Positions 31,759-42,793 are shown, counted from the first letter of the stretch. The stretch: 64,000 bases of DNA from Akkermansiaceae bacterium (GCA_051251915.1 JBPOGF010000013.1:64001-128000), one strand, 5' to 3'. Numbers and translations are program-made. The notes: generated by a model from the letters alone, not told the origin.

Positions 31759-31792
31759 AAAAAGCCTCAGACTAACCCTCTGAGGCTTTTTT
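31759..31792 (+). terminator. Terminator after tmRNA (probably bidirectional)
   Basis: AAAAAGCCTCAGA-CTAACCC-TCTGAGGCTTTTTT. Confidence 0.85.
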
Positions 31793-31891
31793 ATTTCAAA
31801 TTACTCCCCATCACCCAGTAGCTCAGAACGCCTGACCTATTCATTACCATCACCCCAAACACATAACCCAAACCAATATTCTTCCCTCCCA

Positions 31892-32194
31892 TCACACCCA
31901 ATGCTCCGGAATCCTCAATCCATAAGTATTCACCACAGACCCCAGATTACTAATAATCCTCTCATGCTCCTCCCTATCATACTCCCCCCCAGCTTTCCTC
32001 AAATCCACTAACTCCTTCAACTTCGGCAACTCATACATCCCCAACGCATAAAAGTTACCCCAAGAAGGAGTCCCAAATAACCTCCAAACCACCTGATTAT
32101 CATCCCTATCACTAGCCAACCGATGCGCCCCACTAATTCTTCCCTTAGCCTCCTCAGCCTCATCCTGATCATCATAAACTCCAAGTAATTCCAT
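31892..32194 (-). CDS. Hypothetical protein
   Basis: Protein-like composition and minus-strand codon style; start placed at MELLGVY. Confidence 0.55.
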   Translation of the reverse strand: MELLGVYDDQDEAEEAKGRISGAHRLASDRDDNQVVWRLFGTPSWGNFYALGMYELPKLKELVDLRKAGGEYDREEHERIISNLGSVVNTYGLRIPEHWV

Positions 32195-32342
32195 ACCCCC
32201 ATCAAAATCCATCCCCATCCAAAAATCAAGAACAACCACTCCATCTTCAAGCCTAGATAAATGATTCGCGGCTCAACACCAAAAACACCAAAAGCATCCA
32301 GCCATAACCCAAGTTCCCAACAAATCGCGTGCGGCTCCTCCC

Positions 32343-33113
32343 TTATCCCCCACCCACAAAAACAACCTCCCCCCAACGCCCCGGAATATGCATATTCACC
32401 ACCCCCTGCGGACTCCACACCCAGTTATCCTCCACATGCTCCTGATCCTCCGGATTCAACCCAGAGCACAAATCAGTCCCATGCGGTGGCACCCGCACAT
32501 ACTCCCCATCCACCACCTCATGCTCCCACTGCACCCGTGAGAAATTCACCCGCCACACATCCTCCACCTCAGGCGGAGTCGCCCTATTCAAATTATACTT
32601 AGCCAGCTCCCGCCAAGGAAAGGCCATCTCTACACACCACCCCTTATCCTCATCCCCAGGATCATTAAGCGTCCCCCTCACCCCCACTTTAGAAACCAAT
32701 TCCTCCAAATTACACCCCAAAATAGGAACTCCACCAGCACTATAAGGCACCGGCAAGCTCAACTCCCAAATACTATTCAGAGCATTCACCTCAAATTCAT
32801 AATAATTCTTAGAATCCCCATCAGGATCAATAAACACCTCGAAATCATTATCATTAAACATGATCTCATTCTTCTCCGTGATCGTCCCCCACACATGCGG
32901 CTCCTCCATCTCAGCAGCCACATAGAAATACTCATCATCCCACAACATCTTCACCCGCGTTCTAAACCTAGGTGCCAAAGATGGATCACCAGTAATATCC
33001 ACAAAATCATCCGTCCAATGAGCTGCCCCCCACAGCGAATCACTCATAAACCCATCTAAAACCAATGGACGATCAATCTTCACACAACAATAATTCTTAA
33101 CAGGCTCACTCAT
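32343..33113 (-). CDS. CBM9-like carbohydrate-binding protein
   Basis: TRVKMLWDDEYFYV, DFEVFIDPDGD, YYEFEVN, WRVNFSR, NWVWSPQG. Confidence 0.85.
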   Translation of the reverse strand: MSEPVKNYCCVKIDRPLVLDGFMSDSLWGAAHWTDDFVDITGDPSLAPRFRTRVKMLWDDEYFYVAAEMEEPHVWGTITEKNEIMFNDNDFEVFIDPDGDSKNYYEFEVNALNSIWELSLPVPYSAGGVPILGCNLEELVSKVGVRGTLNDPGDEDKGWCVEMAFPWRELAKYNLNRATPPEVEDVWRVNFSRVQWEHEVVDGEYVRVPPHGTDLCSGLNPEDQEHVEDNWVWSPQGVVNMHIPGRWGEVVFVGGG

Positions 33114-33199
33114 ATTTACACGTTTGCAAATACTCCTATAGCAATTCTAAGCCCATGCAAAGCAGAGAAAACAAACATCAACGCCACCCAGCTGCCAAA

Positions 33200-33235
33200 G
33201 TTCACATATAAACCATTACTATCCACATATGAAAC
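33200..33235. promoter_or_regulatory. Possible IclR-family operator pair
   Basis: GTTCACATATAAAC and ATCCACATATGAAAC imperfect palindromes in the divergent intergenic region. Confidence 0.35.
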
Positions 33236-33319
33236 ACATCTACATTTCTAGCTTCCCTTCCCCAATAAAAAAACCATACATTACCCGACAAGTAAAAACC
33301 CTTTGATAAATCATGCACA

Positions 33320-34105
33320 ATGAGTAACTATAACATCCCTAATATAGCAAACACCTGCCATATCTTCCAACTGCTCACAAAATCTAAGAAGACCCTAAAC
33401 GCCAGTGAAATAGCTAAAGAACTAGAACTCCCAAGAACCTCCGTTTACCGTATTCTCAAAACCCTTGAATCCGAAAACATGGTCCGAAAAGTAGGCAAAG
33501 GATACGTCATGGGCCACCGCCTCATCAACCTCGGCCTCCAAGTCGTCTCCAAAATCCCAGAACGCCAAATCTGCGTCCCCATCCTCCAGCAACTCACCAC
33601 CCAGATCCACGAGTCCACCCACTTCGCCATCCTCTCCGGCCGCAACATGCTACTCATCGAAGTGTGTGATAGCCCACACGCCCTAAAAGTAGCAAGCCGC
33701 CCCGGCACCCTCGCTGACATCCATTGCTCAGCATCCGGAAAATGCTTCCTCGCGCACGCCCCAGAAGCCGCAGCAGAAGCACTCATGGACAGCCTAGATT
33801 ACACCAAGCGAACCGACAAAACTCACACCACCAAAGAATCACTCAAAGAAGAGCTCCCCAGCATCAAACGCAAAGGCTACGCCGTAGATGACATCGAGTA
33901 CAACTACCACATCCGCTGCCTAGCCGCCCCAGTATTCAACGCCAGCGGCCAAATCGTCGGCGCCATCGGCACCACCGCCGCCACCTCTCGCTTCCCAAAG
34001 TCTAGGATCGCTGAAATAGCAAAAGAAGTCATCCATGCAGCCAATAAACTCTCCAATGAATTTGGTAAAAACATCAAGCCACAAAACCACCTCAATCATG
34101 TATAA
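33320..34105 (+). CDS. IclR family regulator (KdgR-like by context)
   Basis: HTH ASEIAKELELPRTSVYRIL; HCSASGK; CLAAPV. Confidence 0.92.
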   Translation: MSNYNIPNIANTCHIFQLLTKSKKTLNASEIAKELELPRTSVYRILKTLESENMVRKVGKGYVMGHRLINLGLQVVSKIPERQICVPILQQLTTQIHESTHFAILSGRNMLLIEVCDSPHALKVASRPGTLADIHCSASGKCFLAHAPEAAAEALMDSLDYTKRTDKTHTTKESLKEELPSIKRKGYAVDDIEYNYHIRCLAAPVFNASGQIVGAIGTTAATSRFPKSRIAEIAKEVIHAANKLSNEFGKNIKPQNHLNHV

Positions 34106-36413
34106 ATCAACCGTCTTACTCACCACGTTTGCCAGCACATTATTGCTCACGCAACCAGTCACTCACGCCCAAGAAGTAGGGCCCCAAGAAGCAGCAGACA
34201 AATTATCAACACCATCATTCTCTGCCCTCCTCACCACCACAGACATCCTCAAAGTAAGCAATGCCGTAGCCGACTGGCAGCTACAGAACCCCTCTAAAAA
34301 ACCAGACACAGACTGGACCAACGGCGCACTCTGGACCGGCATAGTTGCACACGTTCACACCTCGGGAAACAAACACTACAGTGACCACCTCCGCGACATG
34401 TCCAAGCGCAATGAATACCACCTCGGACCACGCCCCGGCTTTGGAGATGACCACGCAGTAGGCCGCGCCCACCTCTGGCAATACATGCAGGATGAACTCC
34501 CCCATCAGCTAGCACCTACCGAAAAAATCTTCCAAGATTTCATCACCCGCCCACACGAAGAACCACTATTCTGGGTCAACAAAATCCACCTCAGAGAATG
34601 GGCCTGGTGCGATGCCCTCTACATGTCACCTCCCACCCTCGCCATTCTTCACTCAGCCACAGGAAATGCTGACTACCTAGACACCATGGACAAGCTCTGG
34701 TGGAAAACCACCGACTACCTCTACGACAAAGAAAGCCACCTCTTCTTCAGAGACTCCACCTACTTCGACCGCAAAGAAAAGAACGGCGAAAAAGTATTCT
34801 GGGCTCGCGGCAACGGCTGGGTCATCGCCGGCCTCTGCCACACCCTTGAAAACATGCCATCAGACTACCCCACCCGCCCAAAGTATGAAAAATTATTCGT
34901 CGAAATGGCAGCCAAACTCAAAGCCATCCAACGCGAAGACGGCTCCTGGAGCACCGCCTTGTTAGACCCCGTCACATACACCGCACCAGAATCCAGCGGC
35001 ACCGCATTCTTCACCTACGCATTCACCTGGGGCATCAACCACGGACTGTTAGAAAAAGATCAATACATGCCCAGCATCGAAAAAGGCTGGCACCGTCTCG
35101 TCAAAAACGTCCACCCAAATGGCAAACTAGGATTCGTCCAAGCCATCGGCAAAGACCCTCAATCAGTCACCATGGATGAAACAGAAACCTACGGCGTAGG
35201 CGGCTTCCTCCTCGCCTCCCACGAGCTCCACAAACTCAAACTAACAGAAGGCTCCACCCATCACGACATCACCGTCACAAACCCTAGCTCCCTAAACCGC
35301 CTAAACAGCGTCATCGAGCTAGACTGGAACCAAGCCTCCTCCAAATTCGCCGGCCTAACAGAACAAAATATAGCCGTCCAAGACACCCGCACAGGTCAGT
35401 TTCTCCCCATCCAGCTATTCGACAAAGATCTCGACGGAACCCCAGAAACACTCCTCACAAAAATCAACCTCACGCCAAACGAAACCAACAAACTCCGCAT
35501 CTACAAACTCACCAATGAACAACCCGCATTCCTCCCATCACAACTACACCTAAGATTCGTCCCAGAACGGCACGATGACTTCGCATGGGAAAACGACCGC
35601 CAAGCATTCCGCATGTATGGCCCAGCCCTAGCCAAAGTCGAAAAACCCAGCAGCGGAGTAGACATCTGGAACAAACGCAGCCGAGGACTAGTAATAGACG
35701 ACTGGTACAAAGAAGGCCCATCAAAATACCACAAAGACCGAGGCAACGGCATGGACGCCTACAAAGTCGGCTACACACTCGGCGCCGGTGGACTAGGCTT
35801 CATCGACAAAGACAAAAAACTCACCGTCGGACCACAATTCAAAACCTGGAAAATCCTCGACAAAGGCCCACTACGCCTACGCTTCCAGCTCACCTACGAC
35901 CCCGTAGAAATAGCCACAGGTAAGGTTTCAGAGATCCGCACCATCACCATGGATTCAGGCTCGCACTTCTTGACCACCCAATCAGAATTCCAAACCGAAG
36001 GCAACGTCACAGGCATCCGCCCAGCCACCGGACTCTACGTCCACCAACCTGAGAAACTCAAAACCGGAGGCTTCGAGCACCCACAACAAATCATGCAGAC
36101 AGACCAAGCCATCGCCCTCTGGGAAATGCTCGGAACTGAGAAAAACAACGCCGGCAACATAGGAACCGCCATCATCCTCCCAGAAGGTGGCATCGTTTCT
36201 AAATTCAAAAAAGGTCAGAACAACACGCACCTCGTCCGCCGTGATGACAAACACATCTACGTCCAACTAGCCGCATCACTCAAACGCCCAGTCGAATGGC
36301 AAGTCGGCACCATGTGGGAACAAGTCGATGCCCCAACCGAAAGACAATTCAGAACCCATGTCCTAAATCACGTCCACGAAACAACCAACCAACCCATTAA
36401 AATACAGTTTTAG
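34098..36413 (+). CDS. GH105 unsaturated uronyl hydrolase fused to a DUF4861-like domain, secreted
   Basis: WTNG, DDH, WAWCDALYM, FWARGNGW, ESSGT; C-terminal RFVPERHDDFAWEND, RMYGP, GVDIWNK, YKVG. Start placed at MYKST. Confidence 0.88.
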   Translation: MYKSTVLLTTFASTLLLTQPVTHAQEVGPQEAADKLSTPSFSALLTTTDILKVSNAVADWQLQNPSKKPDTDWTNGALWTGIVAHVHTSGNKHYSDHLRDMSKRNEYHLGPRPGFGDDHAVGRAHLWQYMQDELPHQLAPTEKIFQDFITRPHEEPLFWVNKIHLREWAWCDALYMSPPTLAILHSATGNADYLDTMDKLWWKTTDYLYDKESHLFFRDSTYFDRKEKNGEKVFWARGNGWVIAGLCHTLENMPSDYPTRPKYEKLFVEMAAKLKAIQREDGSWSTALLDPVTYTAPESSGTAFFTYAFTWGINHGLLEKDQYMPSIEKGWHRLVKNVHPNGKLGFVQAIGKDPQSVTMDETETYGVGGFLLASHELHKLKLTEGSTHHDITVTNPSSLNRLNSVIELDWNQASSKFAGLTEQNIAVQDTRTGQFLPIQLFDKDLDGTPETLLTKINLTPNETNKLRIYKLTNEQPAFLPSQLHLRFVPERHDDFAWENDRQAFRMYGPALAKVEKPSSGVDIWNKRSRGLVIDDWYKEGPSKYHKDRGNGMDAYKVGYTLGAGGLGFIDKDKKLTVGPQFKTWKILDKGPLRLRFQLTYDPVEIATGKVSEIRTITMDSGSHFLTTQSEFQTEGNVTGIRPATGLYVHQPEKLKTGGFEHPQQIMQTDQAIALWEMLGTEKNNAGNIGTAIILPEGGIVSKFKKGQNNTHLVRRDDKHIYVQLAASLKRPVEWQVGTMWEQVDAPTERQFRTHVLNHVHETTNQPIKIQF

Positions 36414-36520
36414 ATATATAAATTCCATAATTGAAAATTATACATCATTACAACTTGTAAAGAAACACTTACACCATATAAATCAATCTCCAAAACCGGA
36501 CACAGTCCCAAAAAACCACC

Positions 36521-37117
36521 ATGTTTCCCTGTAAAATCATCCCAGTCTTAGTTATCGAAGACGCCAAAAACGCCCTACCACTGGGCGAAAGCCTAGTAAC
36601 CAACGGACTCCCCGTCGCAGAGGTCACACTCCGCACATCCGCCGCCCTAGAATCCATCAAAACCATGTCCCAGATCGATGACCTCATCACCGGCGCCGGC
36701 ACCGTCCTCACCGTCGACCACGCCAAAGCCGCCATCGACCACGGAGCCACATTCCTCGTCAGCCCAGGCCTAAATGAAGCCGTCATCACCTACGCCCAGT
36801 CCGTAGACATCCCCATCATCCCAGGCGTAGTCACCCCCACAGAAGTAGCCCACGCCATCGACCTCGGCCTAAACTTAGTCAAACTCTTCCCCGCAGAAGC
36901 AGTAGGAGGCGCAGCCCTACTAAAAGCATACGCCAGCGTCTACCCAGACATGAAATTCATGCCAACAGGAGGCATCTCACTCACCAACATCAACAGCTAC
37001 CTCACCCTCCCCAACGTCCTAGCCTGCGGAGGCTCATGGATGACCCCATCCAACCTAATGAGCAGCAGAGACTTTGACCAGATCAGCCACCTCATCAAAC
37101 AAGCCGCCACCATCTAG
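36521..37117 (+). CDS. eda: KDPG/KHG aldolase
   Basis: EVTLRT, GAGTV, VSPG, KLFPA, PTGG, GGSW. Confidence 0.95.
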   Translation: MFPCKIIPVLVIEDAKNALPLGESLVTNGLPVAEVTLRTSAALESIKTMSQIDDLITGAGTVLTVDHAKAAIDHGATFLVSPGLNEAVITYAQSVDIPIIPGVVTPTEVAHAIDLGLNLVKLFPAEAVGGAALLKAYASVYPDMKFMPTGGISLTNINSYLTLPNVLACGGSWMTPSNLMSSRDFDQISHLIKQAATI

Positions 37118-37150
37118 CCCGCATTCAAATTTCATAATTCATCATTCAAA

Positions 37151-38185
37151 ATGTTCCTAAGTCTCGGAGAAATCATGCTACGCTTCTGCCCAGGGGATCA
37201 CCCCCTCAGAGCTGCCACCCAGTTCACCTTCTCAGAAGGTGGCGGCGAATACAACGTAGCTCGCGGAGTCAGCAGATGCTTCGGCATCCCAGCCAGCATC
37301 GCCACCGCACTGGTCGATAATGAACTCGGCCACCTCGTCCACCAACTCATCCGCAGCTCAGAAATAGACACATCTAACATCCTCTGGAGAGAATTCGATG
37401 GCATCGGCAAACAAGTCCGCAACCCACTCTACTTCGCAGAACGAGGCTTCGGCCACCGCCCACCAAAAGCCTGCATGGACCGCGGTCACTCAGCACCCAG
37501 CCAACTCACCACCACAGACTTCGACTGGGACGCCATCTTCTCATCAGGAAATATCAGCTGGTTCCACACCGGCGGCATCTTCGCGGGCCTCTCAGAATCA
37601 ACCGCAGAAGTAGCCCAGCAAGCCATGACTACCGCCCGCAAACACGGCGTCCACGTCTCCTATGACCCAAACTTCCGCGGCTCACTATGGCAAGACCGAG
37701 GCGGCCCACAAGCCGCCGCCAAACTCAACTCCACCCTCGCACATCACTGCGACACACTCTTCGGCGTAGCCCCCATACTCACCCACACAGCCCCACCACA
37801 AGACCTAACAGAACTAGAAAATTTAATCCAACAAACAGCCACCGCATTCCCGCAGCTCCAACAAATCGCCCTCGGCCGCAGACACATCCGCTCCGCCAGC
37901 GATCACGACTACGCAGCCACCATCTGGGACCAAGGCACCATCACCCACATCGATGGCTTCACCAACATCCACGTCCTAGACCGCATCGGCAGCGGAGACG
38001 CCTTCGCCGCTGGCTACATCTCCCACATGTTAGACTCAAGAAATACCCCATCCCCCCAGACCGCCATCCTCCAAGGCGCAGCCGCCTCAGCCCTCACCAT
38101 GAGCACCCCAGGAGACGCAGTCCTCTGCTCCGCCCAAGACGTCTACCAACTAATGAACGCAAAACACTCACAAGAATCACGATAA
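37151..38185 (+). CDS. kdgK: 2-keto-3-deoxygluconate kinase (PfkB)
   Basis: GEIMLR, GGGEYNVA, YDPNFR, DRIGSGDAF; pathway context. Confidence 0.88.
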   Translation: MFLSLGEIMLRFCPGDHPLRAATQFTFSEGGGEYNVARGVSRCFGIPASIATALVDNELGHLVHQLIRSSEIDTSNILWREFDGIGKQVRNPLYFAERGFGHRPPKACMDRGHSAPSQLTTTDFDWDAIFSSGNISWFHTGGIFAGLSESTAEVAQQAMTTARKHGVHVSYDPNFRGSLWQDRGGPQAAAKLNSTLAHHCDTLFGVAPILTHTAPPQDLTELENLIQQTATAFPQLQQIALGRRHIRSASDHDYAATIWDQGTITHIDGFTNIHVLDRIGSGDAFAAGYISHMLDSRNTPSPQTAILQGAAASALTMSTPGDAVLCSAQDVYQLMNAKHSQESR

Positions 38186-38207
38186 ACTTACTAACGATAC
38201 AAACAAC

Positions 38208-39038
38208 ATGAGAAACCACAGAACAACCAGCGCAGACAGCTACACCCACTTCAACACCGCCGAACTCAGAAACTCCTACCTCCTAGAAGACCTCTTCGAT
38301 GACGGTAAAATTTCACTCGTCTACACAGACCTAGACCGCGCCATCGTTGGCTCCGCAGTCCCCACATCCGCAACCCTAGACCTCCCAGCTGGCGACCAAC
38401 TCCGCTCAGACTACTTCTGCGAGCGCCGCGAACTCGGAGTCATCAACCTCGGCCAAAAAGGCACCATCACAGTCGATGGCACCACCCACACCCTAGAAAA
38501 CCGCGAATGCCTCTACATCGGCCGCGGATCACAGAAAATTTCATTCAACTCAGACTCAGCATCTTCACCCGCTCAGTACTACCTCCTCAGCTACCCAGCC
38601 CACAAAGAATACCCCACCACCCACGCCAAAATCGAAGACGCCAACAAACTCGAACTCGGCTCACCAGAAGAAGCCAACGAACGCCACCTCTACCAATACA
38701 TCTGCGAAGCACGCATCCAGTCCTGCCAACTCGTCATGGGCTTCACCGTCCTCCAGACCGGCAGCATCTGGAACACCATGCCACCACACACCCACGACCG
38801 CCGCTCAGAAGTCTACTGCTACTTTGACGTAGCACCAGGCCACAAGATCAGCCACTTCATGGGCGAACCACAAGAAACCAGAGCACTCTGGCTCGGCGAA
38901 AAAGACATCGCCCTCTCACCATCATGGTCCATCCACTCCGGCGCCGGCACCGGCTCCTACGCATTCATCTGGGGCATGGGCGGAGAAAACCAACGCTTCG
39001 ACGACATGGACGGCTTCCCAATCACCGAACTAAGATAA
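38208..39038 (+). CDS. kduI: 5-dehydro-4-deoxy-D-glucuronate isomerase
   Basis: RRELGVIN, CQLVMG, WNTMPPHTHDRRSE, SPSWSIHSG, WGMGGEN. Confidence 0.96.
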   Translation: MRNHRTTSADSYTHFNTAELRNSYLLEDLFDDGKISLVYTDLDRAIVGSAVPTSATLDLPAGDQLRSDYFCERRELGVINLGQKGTITVDGTTHTLENRECLYIGRGSQKISFNSDSASSPAQYYLLSYPAHKEYPTTHAKIEDANKLELGSPEEANERHLYQYICEARIQSCQLVMGFTVLQTGSIWNTMPPHTHDRRSEVYCYFDVAPGHKISHFMGEPQETRALWLGEKDIALSPSWSIHSGAGTGSYAFIWGMGGENQRFDDMDGFPITELR

Positions 39039-39138
39039 CCACCGTGCCCGAGATTTCCAATCTCCTCACCAACCCAAGCAATCGCATGCGCCAAAGCCCT
39101 CATACGCGACAACCCAAGTTCCCTACCCATCATCCAAG

Positions 39139-39330
39139 TTCAGCGTAGTTCAGCGACTTCAGCGGTTCAAAAAAAATCCATCAACCCAAGCAGTAATAAC
39201 CCAAGCAACATTCGTGAAGATTCGTGCTATTCGTGGTAAGCGCCGCAGGCAACAACCTAAGCACAAAACCCAAGTTCAATACCCATCAAGCAGGTTCCGT
39301 CTTTTCAGTGCCTTCCGTGGTCAAAAAAAA
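39139..39330 (+). repeat. Cluster of ~9-10 bp periodic TTC(A/C)GTG...GTGGT repeats (family dispersed through the window)
   Basis: Three adjacent units here; related units at ~12302, 29960, 31210, 42592, 42660, 43581, 43662, 46741, 50857, 53532 and 53596. Confidence 0.8.
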
Positions 39331-39363
39331 TCCATCAACCCAGTTCCATCAACCCAGATAAAA

Positions 39364-40392
39364 ATGAAAAAAAGCAACCTCATCTTCGGAATCCTCTGCG
39401 GCGCCCTCCTCGCCAGCGCCATCTTCGCCAGCCTAGGAGGTCTAAAATCAAACTCCTCATCCACCACCGCAGGCAAAGAACACCAACTAAAAATCGCCCA
39501 CAGCCAGCCCAACAGCCACCCAGTACACCAAGGAATCGAGTTCTTCTCAGAGCGCCTCCACGCCCTCTCCGGAGGTAAGATTTCCTGCACCATCTTCCCC
39601 AACGGCCAACTCGGCTCAGAAACAGAATACCTAGAAAAACTCCAAACCGGCAGCCTAGACATCGCCAAAACCAGCGCCGCACCCGTCGCCAGCTTCGTCC
39701 CAAGAATGGAAGTCTTCTCCACCGCCTACCTCTTCCGCGACAACGACCACTACTGGAACGTCCTCAACGGAGAAATCGGCAAAGAACTCCTCAACAACCT
39801 AACAGACCGAGGAAACGGCAACCCATCAGGCTTCCGCGGCCTCTGCTACTTCGATGCCGGCAGCCGCAACTTCTACTCCGTAGACCCCATCACCACCCCA
39901 GCCGACCTCGAAGGCAAAATCATCCGCGTCATGCAAGACCCAGTCGCCATCGCCATGATGCAAAAGTTTAAAGCCGTCCCCAACCCCATGGCCAGCGGCG
40001 AGATCTACGGTGCCCTCCAGCGCGGAAATATCAACGGCGCAGAAAACAACCCACCCACATTCGTCGCCCAAGCCCACTACGAAGTCTGCAAGCACTTCAC
40101 CTTCGACCACCACTCCCGCATCCCTGACATCCTCCAAATCTCCAGCCAACTCTGGGAAACCCTCACCGATCAAGAAAAAGAATGGTTCCAAGTAGCCGCC
40201 AACGAAGCCAGCGTCTACCAAAGAAAACTCTGGGCAGAAAAAACCAACAAAGCCGTCGAAGTCATGAAATCCAAAGGAGTCACCATCCACCACCCAAACG
40301 TAAACGACTTCCAAACCTTCATCAACACCGGCACAACCCCAGACACCCAATCCGAAGTAGGCAAACTAAAACAACGCATCAAAAACCTCTAA
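39364..40392 (+). CDS. dctP: TRAP transporter substrate-binding protein
   Basis: FPNGQLGSE, GSRNFY, IRVM, GAENN. The upstream ORF extension runs through repeat DNA. Confidence 0.92.
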   Translation: MKKSNLIFGILCGALLASAIFASLGGLKSNSSSTTAGKEHQLKIAHSQPNSHPVHQGIEFFSERLHALSGGKISCTIFPNGQLGSETEYLEKLQTGSLDIAKTSAAPVASFVPRMEVFSTAYLFRDNDHYWNVLNGEIGKELLNNLTDRGNGNPSGFRGLCYFDAGSRNFYSVDPITTPADLEGKIIRVMQDPVAIAMMQKFKAVPNPMASGEIYGALQRGNINGAENNPPTFVAQAHYEVCKHFTFDHHSRIPDILQISSQLWETLTDQEKEWFQVAANEASVYQRKLWAEKTNKAVEVMKSKGVTIHHPNVNDFQTFINTGTTPDTQSEVGKLKQRIKNL

Positions 40393-40516
40393 CAAAGTGC
40401 CCGAGATTTCCAATCTCCCCAAAACCCAAGCCCAAAAAGCAAATAATCACGCACAGCAAAGCCGACATACCCCCCCAAAAAAAGCACCCGTTCCATCACC
40501 CACCTAATCAACCCAA

Positions 40517-40562
40517 GCCCTAACAGGGCAACACATATCCAGCCCAGGGTACACCCCTGGGT
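40517..40562 (+). repeat. REP-like double hairpin
   Basis: GCCCT-AAC-AGGGC followed by CCCAGGG-TACAC-CCCTGGG. Confidence 0.55.
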
Positions 40563-40753
40563 ATCCCATCACCATCAACCAAGCCCCCAACCCAAGCAAA
40601 GCACCATGGTTTCATCTCCCCCCACCAATGACCAATAACCAATCAACCTCTGACGGATCGCAGATCTCCTAACCATAGAACCACCAAAGCTTCCAGCCAC
40701 ATCAACCCAAGCAAAATTCAAAATTCACACTTTAAAATTCACACTCTCCACCC

Positions 40754-41233
40754 ATGCTCACCGCAACCATCAAAATCCTAAAAACCACCAGCGCCATCAG
40801 CCTAGCCATCCTCCTCCTAGTCGTCATCCTCATCATCGCTGACAACAAACTAGACCTCGGCGCAGTCTGGGCAAACGAACTCGCCCGCTTCATGCTCGTC
40901 TGGATCATCATGCTCGGTGGCACACTCGCCTACGCAGAACACAGCCACCTAGGACTCGATATCCTAGTCGACAAATTCGACACCCCCACCAAGCACGCCA
41001 GCTACATCCTCAGCCACACCCTCATCCTCCTCTTCGCCCTCCTCGTCCTCGTCTACGGCGGCTACCAGCTCGTCATCGGCCGCATCGAAATGGGCCAAAC
41101 CATGCCCGCCCTCAAAATCTCAAAAGGCTGGTTCTACGCCAGCCTCCCACTCGCCGGCATCCTCATCTCCACCACCTCCATCGCCCACCTCCTAGCTAGC
41201 AAAAAACTTACCTCTAACCCTAACAGAAACTAA
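40754..41233 (+). CDS. dctQ: TRAP transporter small permease
   Basis: W.NELARF, HLGLD; four TM segments. Confidence 0.9.
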   Translation: MLTATIKILKTTSAISLAILLLVVILIIADNKLDLGAVWANELARFMLVWIIMLGGTLAYAEHSHLGLDILVDKFDTPTKHASYILSHTLILLFALLVLVYGGYQLVIGRIEMGQTMPALKISKGWFYASLPLAGILISTTSIAHLLASKKLTSNPNRN

Positions 41234-41236
41234 CAG

Positions 41237-42526
41237 ATGTTCCTCGCCATCCTCATCATCACCTTCATCTGTCTTCTCCTCTTAGAAGTTCCCATCGCCT
41301 TCTCGGTAGGCATCGCCACCCTCCTCGCATCCATCTCCCTAGGCGAGGCCAATGTCTGGCAAAACGTAGCCAGCGACATGATCAACGGTGTAGACAACTT
41401 CTCACTCCTAGCCATCCCCTTCTTCATCCTAGCGGGAGACATCATGGGCGCCGGAGGCCTAGCCATGCGCCTCATCAACTTCGCCGCCACCCTAGTAGGA
41501 AGACTCCCCGGCGGACTCTCCCTAGTCAACACCATGACCTGCATGCTCTTCGGCTCCATCTCCGGCTCAGCCGCAGCAGCAGTATCCTCCATCGGAAACA
41601 CCCTCATCCCAGAAATGAACAAAAAAGGCTATGACAAAGACTTCAACGTCGCCGTCACCGTAGCAGGCTCCATCACCGGCCTCCTCATCCCGCCCAGCAA
41701 CGTCATGATCGTCTTCGCCGTCGTCGCCTCAGGAGTCTCCGTCTCAGCCCTCTTCCTCGCCGGCATCATCCCCGGCATACTCCTCGGCCTAGCCATCATG
41801 CTAGTCTGCATCATCGTCTGCAAAAAACGCGGCTACGGCCAAGCAGCAGACACAGCCCCCCCCAAATTCATCCCAGCACTCAAAGGCGCCTTCCCCGCCC
41901 TCATGCTCGTAGTCATCGTCCTCGCCGGCATCTTCTCCGGACTCTTCACCCCCACCCAAGCCTCCGCCGTAGCCGTAGTCTGGGCACTCTTCCTAGCCTG
42001 CATCCTCTACCGCGACCTCCCCCTAAAAGCCCTCCCAGACCTCTTCGCCAAGTCCGCCCGCACCACCGGCGTCGTCCTCCTCCTCGTAGCCACCAGCTCC
42101 GCCATGAGCCGCCTCCTCACAGCCGAGCAGATCCCCCAGCTCATCAGCGCAGCCCTACTCTCCATCTCAGAAAATAAAATCATCATCCTACTCATCATCA
42201 ACGTCATTCTCCTCCTCGTAGGAACCTTCATGGACATCACCCCCGCCGTCCTCATCTTCACCCCCATCTTCCTCCCCGTAGCCATGGAACTAGACATGGA
42301 CATCATCCACTTCGGCATCCTCATGATCGCCAACCTCTCCATCGGCCTCTGCACCCCACCCGTAGGCACCTGCCTCTTCGTAGGCTGCAGCGTAGGCAAA
42401 GCAAAAATCGCCGGCGTCTCCAAACAAATGCTCCCCTTCTACATCGCCATGATCCTAGTCCTCCTCCTCATCACCTACATCCCCGCCCTCTCCACCTACC
42501 TCCCAGAACTAATCGGAAACAAATAA
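41237..42526 (+). CDS. dctM: TRAP transporter large permease
   Basis: LAIPFFILAG, SGSA, LIPPS, TPPVG. Confidence 0.95.
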   Translation: MFLAILIITFICLLLLEVPIAFSVGIATLLASISLGEANVWQNVASDMINGVDNFSLLAIPFFILAGDIMGAGGLAMRLINFAATLVGRLPGGLSLVNTMTCMLFGSISGSAAAAVSSIGNTLIPEMNKKGYDKDFNVAVTVAGSITGLLIPPSNVMIVFAVVASGVSVSALFLAGIIPGILLGLAIMLVCIIVCKKRGYGQAADTAPPKFIPALKGAFPALMLVVIVLAGIFSGLFTPTQASAVAVVWALFLACILYRDLPLKALPDLFAKSARTTGVVLLLVATSSAMSRLLTAEQIPQLISAALLSISENKIIILLIINVILLLVGTFMDITPAVLIFTPIFLPVAMELDMDIIHFGILMIANLSIGLCTPPVGTCLFVGCSVGKAKIAGVSKQMLPFYIAMILVLLLITYIPALSTYLPELIGNK

Positions 42527-42730
42527 CCAACCCACAATCAACCCAAGCACTTCCATCAACCAAGCACACAACCCAAGCTCACCATCAACCTTTCGTGTAT
42601 TTAGCGTATTTCGCGGTAAAAAATTAAATCCATCAACCCAAGCAGTTTCATCAACCAAGTTCAGCGTAATTCAGCGACTTCAGCGGTCAGCACCGCAGGT
42701 CAAAGCACCAAGCACACAACCCAAGCAAAC

Positions 42731-42790
42731 TTCACAATTCACAATTCACAATTCAACATTCAACATTCAAAATTCAAAATTCAAAATTCA
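42731..42790 (+). repeat. Heptamer tandem array (TTCACAA)3(TTCAACA)2(TTCAAAA)3
   Basis: Read directly upstream of the kduD ATG. Confidence 0.85.
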
Positions 42791-42793
42791 ACC

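Noticed and set aside
39040..39360. Repeat cluster as a CRISPR array
   Set aside because: Units are degenerate and irregularly spaced, there are no unique constant-length spacers, and no cas genes are present.
39214..39363. N-terminal extension of DctP
   Set aside because: It translates intergenic repeats; the signal/anchor sequence begins at 39364.
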